64,000 bases of DNA from Spirochaetia bacterium (GCA_965199955.1 CBDATQ010000001.1:1952001-2016000); one strand, 5' to 3'. Numbered from the stretch's first letter, positions 42,324-51,599 are shown. Numbers and translations are program-made. Notes: generated by a model from the sequence alone, not told the origin.

Positions 42324-43022
42324 TCAGCGGCCCTTGCGGGCCTGCTCGGCCTCCGCCGCCTCACGGCGCGCCAGGATGCGCAGGAGCTGCAGGGTGGCCC
42401 GGGCGTCCTCGAGAACCCCAGGAGTGTCCGGCGCGGCGATGGCCTCACGCGTGCGCGCAGCGGTCAACTCGATCCACTCGGCGCCCTGGCCGGAGGTGGT
42501 CTCCGTATAGCGCCGCATCAGGCAGCCCCAGTCGGGGGCCGAGAGCTTCTTCATCCCATGGCGTTCGGCGGTCTGGGCCAGCATGCGCATGTGGCGAGCG
42601 GCGCTGTAGCCCACCACCAGTGTCGCCGCAGCCAGCAGTTCCGCCAGCTCGCCATGCACGGCCGGCCATGGGCGCGCTGGCCGCCGGTTTGTGGCACCGG
42701 CCGGGTGGGTCGATGCGTCAAGCCGCACGGCCCCGGTGGTATCGAGTACCGCGGTCTCCACGACCTCCTCGCGCACCCCGGTCCCCGCGGTAGCGGTACC
42801 GACGATCAGCACGTCGCGCCGGTCGAGCAGGTCGGAGAGATCGCCCAGATCGACCAGGCGGTCCGCCCGGGCACGTTGCGGGACCTCCCGCGGGCCTGGC
42901 TTCGCGTCGATGCCGTGCTCGCGGAGCGCCGACCGCCGGCCGAGCCTCCAGCCGACCGCTCCGGCTCCGTAGAACGCCGCCGCCAGCACCATGGCGACGA
43001 TGACCCAACCCCCCGGACTCAT
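42324..43022 (-). CDS. TM-anchored DEDDh/DnaQ-like exonuclease-fold protein with degenerate active site
   Basis: VLIVGTATAG, EVVETAVLDTTG, WPAVH, GYSAARHMRMLAQT, WGCLM, LEDARATL. Confidence 0.7.
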   Translation of the reverse strand: MSPGGWVIVAMVLAAAFYGAGAVGWRLGRRSALREHGIDAKPGPREVPQRARADRLVDLGDLSDLLDRRDVLIVGTATAGTGVREEVVETAVLDTTGAVRLDASTHPAGATNRRPARPWPAVHGELAELLAAATLVVGYSAARHMRMLAQTAERHGMKKLSAPDWGCLMRRYTETTSGQGAEWIELTAARTREAIAAPDTPGVLEDARATLQLLRILARREAAEAEQARKGR

Positions 43023-43035
43023 GGTCGTCCCGACC

Positions 43036-43992
43036 TCAGGCTGCCAGCCCGGCCAGCAGCGCCTTGATATAGCCGATCGAATAGGCGAGCGCCTGGTGGG
43101 CTGTGTCGCCGTCGCCTTCGATCGGCTGCAGGTGGTCGGGATTCAGGCAGCCGTCGAAGCCCACCCGCGCGAGCTCGCCCACGATCCGGGCCATGTTCAT
43201 GTCGCCGTCGTCGAGCAGCACCTCCTCGAAGCCGCCGGCCGTCGCCAGATTGCCCCGGACGTTGCGCAGGTGCAGGGTGAAGATCCGACCCTTGCGGCCG
43301 AACAGGTTGATCTCGTCCATCACCAGCGGCGGACCTCCCGCCTCGGCACGGGTGCCGCAGCAGTACAGGTAGCCCACGTTCGGGCTCGGGAACGTGTCGA
43401 TCACCCGGTGGAAGCCCAGGGTGCCGAGGGGCGTGTCGGGCAGCGGTGTGTCCGAGGGGTGAATGGCCAGGCGGATGCCGTACTCGTCGGCGATCGGCAC
43501 CAGCTTCTCGTAGACCGCGCAGAAGCGGGCCCACCATGCCTCCAGTCTCTCGTGCGAGGCCGGATCGGGGTCGCCCGGCCCCAGGTCGCGGCTCTCGCCG
43601 CGCGACCGGTAGCCGCCTCGGTGCACGGACTCGTATTTCAGCAGCCGGTGGTTGAAGGTGTCGCCGGCGAAGCGCTGGCGGGCGATCGGGACGCCGGCGT
43701 CGGCGAACACGCGCAGCGCCCGGCAGGTGTTCTCAAGCTCGCGCGCGGCGCCGTCACGGCCCAGCATGAACTCGTCGGTGATGTCCGGCAGCGTCACGCG
43801 GTTGAAGCTCAGTCCGTACGGCCGCAGCTTGCGCACCAGCGCGGTCACCGCGTCCGCGTCCGGGTAGCCCTGCTCCGCCACGCCGGGAAAGAAGGCCCCG
43901 CGGCCCATGTCGATCGCTTCGGCGCCAAGCTGCGTCACCGTACGGAGATACCCGTCGGAAAGGTCGTTGCCCCAGACCGCCACCCGCATCAT
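43036..43992 (-). CDS. Mannonate dehydratase-like (UxuA family)
   Basis: RGGY, LVPIADEYGIRLAIHPSDTP, HLRNVRG, DDGDMNM, PDH. Confidence 0.87.
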   Translation of the reverse strand: MMRVAVWGNDLSDGYLRTVTQLGAEAIDMGRGAFFPGVAEQGYPDADAVTALVRKLRPYGLSFNRVTLPDITDEFMLGRDGAARELENTCRALRVFADAGVPIARQRFAGDTFNHRLLKYESVHRGGYRSRGESRDLGPGDPDPASHERLEAWWARFCAVYEKLVPIADEYGIRLAIHPSDTPLPDTPLGTLGFHRVIDTFPSPNVGYLYCCGTRAEAGGPPLVMDEINLFGRKGRIFTLHLRNVRGNLATAGGFEEVLLDDGDMNMARIVGELARVGFDGCLNPDHLQPIEGDGDTAHQALAYSIGYIKALLAGLAA

Positions 43993-44080
43993 GGGGCTAT
44001 CGTACGGCGGGAGACGTGCCGTGGGATACCCTGCAACGATCCGATGCCACGTTACTGCTGTCCCGCCGGATTCCTGCCGA

Positions 44081-44110
44081 TCGCATCTTGATGCATGATG
44101 ATTGATGCGA
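44081..44110. promoter_or_regulatory. Inverted repeat upstream of vapBC, probable operator
   Basis: TCGCATC-N16-GATGCGA with internal TGATG repeats. Confidence 0.55.
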
Positions 44111-44124
44111 CAGGATGCCGGCCA

Positions 44125-44367
44125 ATGCGAACGACGCTCGACATCGACGAAGATCTGCTGATGGCCGCCAAGGAGATCGCCAAACGGGAACGCCGCTCGG
44201 CGGGGTCGGTGGTGTCCGACTTCGCGCGGCTCGGCATGTCCGCGGCCAACCACGACGAACGGGCCGACGAAGGCGCCGCGGAGTTCGGGTTCAATCCGTT
44301 CCCGTCACGGGGTGGCGTGGTGACCAATGAACTCATCGACCGGTTGCGCGAGCAGACAGGTGACTGA
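44125..44367 (+). CDS. VapB-like RHH antitoxin
   Basis: MRTTLDIDEDLL..AKE, VTNELID.LRE. Confidence 0.87.
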   Translation: MRTTLDIDEDLLMAAKEIAKRERRSAGSVVSDFARLGMSAANHDERADEGAAEFGFNPFPSRGGVVTNELIDRLREQTGD

Positions 44368-44804
44368 TGCGCGCGTTGCTGGATGTCAACGTGCTGATCG
44401 CGCTGCTGGACGCCGATCACGTCCATCATGACGCTGCGCGGATGTGGTTGAAAGAGCACATCGGGCTCGGCTGGGCCTCATGTCCCATCACTCAGAACGG
44501 GGTGCTGCGAATCATGTCGCAGACCAGTTACCCGAACGGCGTGACGCCGGGTGCGGTCGCCCACCGTCTGCGCACCGCCACGCAGACCCGGCATCATCAG
44601 TTCTGGCCCGACTCCGTGAGCCTGATCCGCCCTTCCGTGCTGAAGCCGGAGCAGGCGATAACGTCGAAGCAGATTACCGACCTGTACCTGCTGGCGTTGG
44701 CCGTCTCCAGAGGAGGGCGTCTCGTGACCTTTGATGTGCGCATCTCGTCCGCGTCCGTCGTTGGTGCGGACCACCGGCACCTGTGCGCGATCCACGATGG
44801 CTGA
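44367..44804 (+). CDS. vapC: VapC PIN-domain toxin
   Basis: LLDVNVLIAL, HVHH, CPITQNG, QITDLYLLALA, LVTFD. Confidence 0.92.
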   Translation: MRALLDVNVLIALLDADHVHHDAARMWLKEHIGLGWASCPITQNGVLRIMSQTSYPNGVTPGAVAHRLRTATQTRHHQFWPDSVSLIRPSVLKPEQAITSKQITDLYLLALAVSRGGRLVTFDVRISSASVVGADHRHLCAIHDG

Positions 44805-45912
44805 CCTTCGTACACCACGCCTTGTCGTGGCCGTAGCGCTCGCCGCGACCCTGGTTGGTGTCGCCGGCGCACAGGATGCGCCACAGGTGGACGACCTGCT
44901 TGCCGCCGTCGAACGTGGCGACGCCGACGCCCAGTGGCAGCTCGGGGACGCCTACCACCACGGCCGGGGCGTGACGCAGGACGATGCCGAGGCGCTCCGG
45001 CTGTACCGGGCCGCGGCCGTGCAGGGCAGCCCCGCGGGCCAGTGGCGGCTCGGCAACGCGTACTACTACGGATGGGGAGTGGCTCGGGACCGGGCCGAGG
45101 CGGTGCGGTGGTACGGAATCGCGGCTGAGCAGGGCAGCGCCGAAGGCCAGTGGCGCCTGGGGAACGCGTACTTCCACGGGCGTGGAGTGACCCAGGACCA
45201 CGCCGAGGCTGTCCGGTGGTACCGGACTTCCGCCGAGCAGGGATCGCCGGAGGGGCAGTGGCGGCTCGGACTCGCCCACTTCCTCGGCCACGGCGTCGCG
45301 CAGGACTTCGCGAAGGCGGCGCGGTGGTACCGGGCCGCGGCCGAGCAGGGCAACGCCGAGAGTCAGTGGCGGCTCGGCAGCGCGTACTACTTCGGCACGG
45401 GAGTGGCGCAGGACTTCGCGGAGGCAGTGAGGTGGCTCCGTGCCTCTGCCGGGCAGGGAAGCGCCGAGGGCCAATGGCGCTTGGGGAACGCGTACCATTT
45501 CGGCCGTGGCGTGGAGCAGGGCCGTGCGGAGGCGGCGCGGTGGTACCGGGCGGCGGCCGAGCAGGGGAGTGCCGAGGGCCAATGGCGGCTAGGCAGCGCG
45601 TATCACTTCGGCGCCGGAGTGCCGCAGGACCATGTGGAGGCGGTGCGGTGGTACCGGGCGGCGGCCGAGCAGGGTAACGCCGAGGGGCAGTGGCGGCTCG
45701 GCACGCGGTACGCCACGGGCCGGGGAGTGCCGCTGGACCACGTGGCCGCCTATGCGTGGCTCAACCTTGCCGCCGCCCAGGGCCACGAGGAGGCAGCCGG
45801 CAGCCGTGACGGGCTGGCCGAGTCGATGACCGCCGAGCAGGTCGCGGAGGCGCAGCGCATGGCGCGGGACCTGTGGGGCAGAATCGCGGGAGACGCACCG
45901 GCGGCTCCGTGA
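44797..45912 (+). CDS. Exported Sel1-like repeat protein (8 repeats)
   Basis: Signal peptide; eight 36-aa units GQWRLGxAYxxGxGVxQDxAEAxRWYRAAAEQG. Confidence 0.93.
   Translation: MADLRTPRLVVAVALAATLVGVAGAQDAPQVDDLLAAVERGDADAQWQLGDAYHHGRGVTQDDAEALRLYRAAAVQGSPAGQWRLGNAYYYGWGVARDRAEAVRWYGIAAEQGSAEGQWRLGNAYFHGRGVTQDHAEAVRWYRTSAEQGSPEGQWRLGLAHFLGHGVAQDFAKAARWYRAAAEQGNAESQWRLGSAYYFGTGVAQDFAEAVRWLRASAGQGSAEGQWRLGNAYHFGRGVEQGRAEAARWYRAAAEQGSAEGQWRLGSAYHFGAGVPQDHVEAVRWYRAAAEQGNAEGQWRLGTRYATGRGVPLDHVAAYAWLNLAAAQGHEEAAGSRDGLAESMTAEQVAEAQRMARDLWGRIAGDAPAAP
44920..45783 (+). repeat. Eight tandem 108-bp coding repeats (Sel1)
   Basis: cagtggcggctcgg-like motif recurs every 108 bp. Confidence 0.9.
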
Positions 45913-45945
45913 CCGTGTGCGGTACGATTCGGGGATGAGGACGCG

Positions 45946-47580
45946 ATGGCGGTAAGTCTCTGTTATCCGGCCGGCCGGCCGGCGTCGACCGGAGCCGGTC
46001 AGCGCGGCGTGGTCGACCGGGCCGCCGAGGACCTGGGCCTGAACTCGCTGCGCACCCGGTTCGAGTTGCCGTCGGAGTTCCTGTACGAGCTCAGCACCGA
46101 CCCGGAGACCATCCGCTATCGCCAGGAGGTGCTGGCCGACGCGGTCGCCTCCGGCGAGCTGCGCACGCTCTTCGCGCAACTTCAGCCGATGGTGCACGAG
46201 CTGGCCTACTTCACGAAGACCCGCACGGAGCAGAGCTCGTCGCTGCAGCAGGCGGTGTGGCGGCTGGGCGAGCTGGAGACCTACGTGGCGTGCCTGACGG
46301 CGCTGGGCGAGGCGGCGGCGCTGCCGGGCGTGCGCTCGGCGGGGATGCGGGCGCTGGCCGAGTTCGTCCGCAAACGGAAGCAGGACGAGGTCTACCAGCG
46401 CCTGGAGGCCGAGCTGCCGGCGCTGCGGGGCGGACTGAAACGGCGCGCGAGCATCACCATCGGTATCAACCTGGACTCGCAGCTCCGCCCGTCGGAGGCG
46501 ACGCTGCTGCGCGTCCACGACCGCAAATTCGAGGACACGCCCCTGCTCACCCGCCTGTTCGGCGTCTCCAACCCGTTCCGGCCGCTGACCAAGGTGCACC
46601 GCACGTCGGCGATGGCGCCGCTGCTCGGCGAGCTGGACCGGGTCATCGGCGCGGTGGCGCGCCCGCTGGCCAAGGCGCTGGGGCAGTTCGTTCAGCTTCA
46701 GGTCCGGGACGTGCTGCCGATGGAGCAGGAAATCCGCTTCTACCTGGGCGGCGCGCGTCTGGTGCTGGCGCTGCAGGAGCGCGGCATGCCGACCTGCATG
46801 CCGGAGCTGGCGCCGGCCGGCGAGCGGCGGTCGCAGGCGCGCGAGCTGTACGACATCTCCCTGGCGCTGAACGGCGCTCAGGACGAGCCCGCCCGCACGG
46901 TCGTTCGCAACGACCTGGACGCGGACGAGGGGGGGCGCATCGCCATCCTGACCGGGCCGAACCAGGGCGGGAAAACCACGTACGTGCGCGCCGTGGGCGT
47001 CATGCACGTGCTGGCGCAGGCCGGACTGCACGTGGCCGCGCGGGAGGCGGTGATCAGTCCGGCCGACCGGGTGATCACCCATTTCCCGGCGGAAGAGGGC
47101 AACGGCATCGAGGGTGGCAGGCTGGCGGAGGAGGCGCGGCGCCTGGGCGCGATGTTCGGCGACGCCTCCGAGCAGAGCATCGTGCTGTGCAACGAGTCGC
47201 TGTCCAGCACCAGCCCGAGCGAGAGCCTGTACCTGGCCGAGGACGTCGTGCGCGCGCTGCGGCTACTGGGCGCACGGGCGATCTTCGCCACGCACCTGCA
47301 CGAGCTGGGCGAGCGTCTGGAGCGGATCAATGCGGAGGTGGACGGCGGCAGCCTGGTGGTGAGTCTGGTCGCGGGCATCGCCGCGGACAGCGACGGCGCC
47401 GACGGCGCGCAGGCCCGGATGCGCCGTACCTACCGCATCGCTCCCGGACCGCCGGTCGGATCGAGCTACGCCCGCGACATCGCCGACCGCTACGAGATCA
47501 GCTTCGAGCGGCTGCGGCCGAAGATACTGGCTCGCCGCGGGCGGCCGGCGGAGTCTCCTCCGGGAGACAACGGGCGATGA
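45946..47580 (+). CDS. MutS-related ATPase (MutS domain V, MutS4-like)
   Basis: TGPNQGGKTTY, THFPAEE, GRLAEE, CNESLSSTSPSE, FATHLHEL; no mismatch-recognition domain. Confidence 0.85.
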   Translation: MAVSLCYPAGRPASTGAGQRGVVDRAAEDLGLNSLRTRFELPSEFLYELSTDPETIRYRQEVLADAVASGELRTLFAQLQPMVHELAYFTKTRTEQSSSLQQAVWRLGELETYVACLTALGEAAALPGVRSAGMRALAEFVRKRKQDEVYQRLEAELPALRGGLKRRASITIGINLDSQLRPSEATLLRVHDRKFEDTPLLTRLFGVSNPFRPLTKVHRTSAMAPLLGELDRVIGAVARPLAKALGQFVQLQVRDVLPMEQEIRFYLGGARLVLALQERGMPTCMPELAPAGERRSQARELYDISLALNGAQDEPARTVVRNDLDADEGGRIAILTGPNQGGKTTYVRAVGVMHVLAQAGLHVAAREAVISPADRVITHFPAEEGNGIEGGRLAEEARRLGAMFGDASEQSIVLCNESLSSTSPSESLYLAEDVVRALRLLGARAIFATHLHELGERLERINAEVDGGSLVVSLVAGIAADSDGADGAQARMRRTYRIAPGPPVGSSYARDIADRYEISFERLRPKILARRGRPAESPPGDNGR

Positions 47581-48685
47581 GCCGCTGGGTGCCGGCGTCG
47601 TAGAGGTTGCCTGACCGCACCCGCACGGCGAGCCGCTGACCCGGCCGCGGGGGCTGCGGTCCGCCGTAGCGCGCGACCAGCTCCTGCCATCCGTCGCCCA
47701 GGCGCAGATGCAGCACGCTGGCAGCGCCCTCCGGCTGTGCCGCGGTCACCTCGACCTGCAGCACGCCGGCGGTGTCGTGGGACGCCGGGTCCAGCACCGC
47801 GACGTTCTCGGCGCGGATGTCCATCACCACCCGTTGGCCGGGGAACAGCGACCCGTCGGGCGAGAAAGGGACCGCCTGGGACGTGCTGCCTTCGGGTTGC
47901 AGGGCCAGAGCGCCATCGGCTGCGGAGACGATCTCGCCGCGCAGCAGCGCGCCGCCATGCGCGCCGAACAGTGCGGCCACCGGCACGGTCGCGGGCGTCC
48001 GGTAGAGCTCCGCGGGCCGGCCGACCTGGTGGATCTCGCCGGAGAACATCGCGGCCACGCGGTCGCCGAGCGCCATCGCCTCCGCCACGTCGTGGGTGAC
48101 GTAAAGCGTGGTGGCGCCGATGCGCCGGTGGAGCTGCTTGAGCTCGGTGCGGAGTTGGACGCGCAGCTTGGGATCGACGTTGGACAGCGGCTCGTCGAGC
48201 AGCAACACCTGCGGCTGCTTTACCAGTGCCCGGGCGATCGCAACACGCTGCTGCTGGCCGCCCGACAGCTCCTTGGGATAGCGCTGCTCCAGGCCGATCA
48301 GCTCCACCACGTCCAGCGCCTGGCGGACCGCCTTCCCGATCCGGCCCCGCCCGGCGCGCCGGATCTGCAGCGGAAACGCGATGTTCTGCGCCACCGTCAT
48401 GTGCGGGTAGAGCGCGTACGACTGGAACACCATGCCGACGCGCCGCTTGGCCGGCACCATGTCGATCTGCCGCGGCTCGCTGAACACGGCTTCGCCGCCG
48501 ATCAGGATCTCGCCCAGCACCGGCTGCTCCAGCCCGGCAATAGCACGCAGCATGGTCGTCTTGCCGCAGCCGGAGGCGCCGACCACGACCAGGAACTCGC
48601 CTTCCTCCACGTGGAGGGTCACGCCATGCGTCGCGATCACGTCGCCGTACTGGACGGTGACGTGGCGTACGGTGATGTCAGCCAC
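47498..48685 (-). CDS. Sugar ABC transporter ATP-binding protein (MalK/UgpC-like)
   Basis: GASGCGKTT, VFQSYALYPHM, LSGGQQQR, LDEPLSN, YVTHD. Confidence 0.92.
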   Translation of the reverse strand: MADITVRHVTVQYGDVIATHGVTLHVEEGEFLVVVGASGCGKTTMLRAIAGLEQPVLGEILIGGEAVFSEPRQIDMVPAKRRVGMVFQSYALYPHMTVAQNIAFPLQIRRAGRGRIGKAVRQALDVVELIGLEQRYPKELSGGQQQRVAIARALVKQPQVLLLDEPLSNVDPKLRVQLRTELKQLHRRIGATTLYVTHDVAEAMALGDRVAAMFSGEIHQVGRPAELYRTPATVPVAALFGAHGGALLRGEIVSAADGALALQPEGSTSQAVPFSPDGSLFPGQRVVMDIRAENVAVLDPASHDTAGVLQVEVTAAQPEGAASVLHLRLGDGWQELVARYGGPQPPRPGQRLAVRVRSGNLYDAGTQRLIARCLPEETPPAARGEPVSSAAAARS

Positions 48686-48782
48686 GAGCCGGGATGGTAC
48701 CACCCCGAGCGACGGCCGCCGACCGGTGGAAAATGTGCGACTCTGTCACGGCGGCAACACCCGCACCGGAGGATCCCTGCCC

Positions 48783-49850
48783 ATGTTGATCGTCGACTCG
48801 CACCTCGACATCGCGTACAACGCGCTCGACTGGAATCGCGACCTGACGCAGAGCATCACGGCGGTCCGCGAGGCGGAAGCCGGCATGGGCCAAAAGGGCC
48901 GGGGAGCCGGCGTGGTCTGCTTCGAGGAACTGCGCCGCGGCGGGATCGGCCTGATCTTCGTCACCGTGCATTGCCGGCTGGCCTCGCTGGGCATGCGGTT
49001 CGCGGGCGTGCGCACGCAGGACATCGCCTACGCCAGGGCGATGGGGGAGCTTGCCTACTACCGGCTGATGGCCTCACGCGGAATCCTGCGCCAGATCCGC
49101 GACCGCGCAGGGCTCGACGCCCACCTGGCGGAGTGGGAGCGAGACCCGCAGCAAGCGCCGATCGGCTTCGTGCTGACCATGGAGGGGGCGGATCCGATCG
49201 TCGGCCCGGAACAGGTCGGCGAGTGGTGGGACAACGGGCTGCGCATCGTCAGCCTCGTGCACTACGGGGTCAGCTCGTACTCCCATGGGACCCAGGCGCC
49301 GGGCGGCCTGACCGAGCGGGGCGGTCCGATGCTGGACGCCCTCGAGCGTGCCGGGATGCTGCTGGACGTGAGCCACTTGGCCGAGCAGGCGTTCTGGGAG
49401 GCGCTGGACAGGTTCGGCGGGCAGGTTCTGGCGACCCACAACTGCTGCCGGGCCCTGTGCGACCACGACCGGCAACTGGACGACGATCAGATCCGGGCGC
49501 TGGCCGCGCGCGGCGGGGTGATCGGCAACGCGCTTGACGACTGGATGCTGTCGCCGCTCTGGGACCCGGAGGCGATGGACAACACCGGCATCACGCTGGC
49601 CACGGTCGCCGACCACATCGACCACATCTGCCAGGTCACCGGCAGTTGCGAGCATGCCGCAATCGGCACGGACCTTGACGGCGGCTACGGAAGGGAGCAA
49701 TCTCCCGCCGACCTGTACACCATCGCCGACGTGCGCAAGGTGGCGGGAATCCTCAGGGAGCGCGGCTACGGCGACGCGGATGTCGCGAACGTCATGCACG
49801 GCAACTGGGTGCGCTTGCTGCGCTCCTCCTGGAGTCAAGGTACCGCATGA
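48783..49850 (+). CDS. Membrane dipeptidase family (peptidase M19)
   Basis: DSHLD, MEGAD, DVSH, ATHN, GTDLDGG, GNW. Confidence 0.92.
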   Translation: MLIVDSHLDIAYNALDWNRDLTQSITAVREAEAGMGQKGRGAGVVCFEELRRGGIGLIFVTVHCRLASLGMRFAGVRTQDIAYARAMGELAYYRLMASRGILRQIRDRAGLDAHLAEWERDPQQAPIGFVLTMEGADPIVGPEQVGEWWDNGLRIVSLVHYGVSSYSHGTQAPGGLTERGGPMLDALERAGMLLDVSHLAEQAFWEALDRFGGQVLATHNCCRALCDHDRQLDDDQIRALAARGGVIGNALDDWMLSPLWDPEAMDNTGITLATVADHIDHICQVTGSCEHAAIGTDLDGGYGREQSPADLYTIADVRKVAGILRERGYGDADVANVMHGNWVRLLRSSWSQGTA

Positions 49851-51043
49851 ATCTCGTCGACACCGGTTTTGTTCTGATCTGCTCGACGCTCGTGTTCCTG
49901 ATGACACCGGGTCTGGCCTTCTTCTACGGCGGCTTGGTCGGCCGCCACAACACCCTGACGATCATGGCCCAGAACCTGATCTCGCTTGGGGTCGTTACCG
50001 TCGTCTGGATCGTGCTGGGGTTCTCCCTGGCGTTCGGCGACAGCATCGGCGGCATCTTCGGGGACCTCAGGTACGGGCTGTTCAAGATCGAAGTGGACGA
50101 CGTGTTCCCCGGCACGACGATCCCGACCTGGACGTTCTTCCTGTTCCAGATGATGTTCGCGGTGATCACGCCGGCGCTCATCACCGGCGCCTTCGTCGAC
50201 CGGTTCCGGTTCTCCAGCTACCTGATCTTCATTTCGGTCTGGAGCTTGGTGGTCTACTCGGTACTGGCCCACTCGGTATGGGGCGGCGGCTTGCTGCACA
50301 GGCTAGGGGCGATCGACTTCGCTGGCGGCACGGTCGTGCACATCTCGGCCGGCATGGCGGCGCTCGCCACCATCGCCGTGCTGGGCAAGCGCCACACGCG
50401 GACCGCCCCGCACGACGTGCGCTTCGTCGCCCTGGGCGCGGCGCTGCTGTGGTTCGGCTGGTTCGGTTTCAACGGCGGCAGCGCGCTGTCTCCCAGCGCG
50501 ATCGCGTCGATCGCCTTCCTCAACACCGACATCTCGGCATCGACGGCGATGGTGGTGTGGATGCTCATGTCGTGGCTGCACAAGGGGAAACCCAGCATCA
50601 TCGGCGCGCTCACCGGCGCGATCGCCGGACTGATCGCGATCACTCCCGCGGCCGGCTACGTGACGCCGGGGTCGGCCGCGATCATCGGCGTGCTGGCCGG
50701 CGCGGTCTGCTACGGCGCCGTGCTGTTCAAGGAGCGCATGGACTGGGACGACGCCCTGGACGTGTGGGCCGTGCACGGCGTGGGCGGGGTGCTGGGATCG
50801 ATCCTGACCGGAGTCTTCGCCTCGCCCAAGACCGGGGCGCCACCCGGGTTGATCTTCGGCGAGACGGGACTCTTCTTCGCCAATCTTGGCGCCACGGTGA
50901 TCAGCATGGTCTACGCGTTCGCGATGACCTGGATCGTCCTGAAGGTGATCGGCTGGATCAAGCGGCTGAAGCCGGAGACCGACGAGCTGGAGGCCGGCCT
51001 GGACCTGACCTTCCACGGGGAGCGCGCCCTGGATCACGACTGA
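49847..51043 (+). CDS. amtB: Ammonium transporter
   Basis: MTPGLAFFYGG, FQMMFAVIT, DFAGGTVVH, WFGWFGFNGGS, DDALDVWAVHG. Confidence 0.96.
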   Translation: MNLVDTGFVLICSTLVFLMTPGLAFFYGGLVGRHNTLTIMAQNLISLGVVTVVWIVLGFSLAFGDSIGGIFGDLRYGLFKIEVDDVFPGTTIPTWTFFLFQMMFAVITPALITGAFVDRFRFSSYLIFISVWSLVVYSVLAHSVWGGGLLHRLGAIDFAGGTVVHISAGMAALATIAVLGKRHTRTAPHDVRFVALGAALLWFGWFGFNGGSALSPSAIASIAFLNTDISASTAMVVWMLMSWLHKGKPSIIGALTGAIAGLIAITPAAGYVTPGSAAIIGVLAGAVCYGAVLFKERMDWDDALDVWAVHGVGGVLGSILTGVFASPKTGAPPGLIFGETGLFFANLGATVISMVYAFAMTWIVLKVIGWIKRLKPETDELEAGLDLTFHGERALDHD

Positions 51044-51104
51044 GCCGGGCGCGCGGTTGACAGGTCCACGCGCGGCTGCTCAGGGTTGGCCTGGAGGCAC
51101 GATC

Positions 51105-51566
51105 ATGTCAGAGAACGTAACTCATGCCGGCAAGGGGGTTCAGGGCTTGGCCGGGGTACTGACGGCCCTGACGGTGCTCGCCACGGTGGTCTTCACGCTG
51201 CTCGGCATCTTCGGCGTGGTCGACATGAAGGCAGTGCGGACCGAGGGAGTCGCGCTGGCGTACGTGGTCGGGGTGGGGACGTTCGCGCTGAGTCCATTGG
51301 TTGCGGTCGGCGTCGTCGCCGTGGGTATGGGCAGCGCGATCGGCATCATCGCCATAGGTGCCGGGTCCGCGCGCGGCATCATCGCGATCAGCGGAGACGA
51401 TGCGGGCGGCATCATTGCCATCAGCGCCGGCGGGCGGGCGTCCGGCCTCCTCATCGGCATCGGCGACGAAGCCAAGGGGCTCATCGCGATCGCATACTCG
51501 GGCAGAACGGCCGGCCCGTTCGCGCGCTGGCCCCCATGGTCGGCCGCAGGGTCCGCGGTAGACTGA
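51105..51566 (+). CDS. Small membrane protein with Gly/Ile-rich repeats
   Basis: TM segment followed by repeated GIIAI units; GGAGG RBS. Confidence 0.65.
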   Translation: MSENVTHAGKGVQGLAGVLTALTVLATVVFTLLGIFGVVDMKAVRTEGVALAYVVGVGTFALSPLVAVGVVAVGMGSAIGIIAIGAGSARGIIAISGDDAGGIIAISAGGRASGLLIGIGDEAKGLIAIAYSGRTAGPFARWPPWSAAGSAVD

Positions 51567-51599
51567 ACCGGGAACGTCGTCGGTTTACGACGGCAAGAT

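Noticed and set aside
44920..45783. Regularly spaced repeats as a CRISPR array or DGR target
   Set aside because: The period is 108 bp, in frame, encoding Sel1 repeats; there are no unique spacers, cas genes or reverse transcriptase
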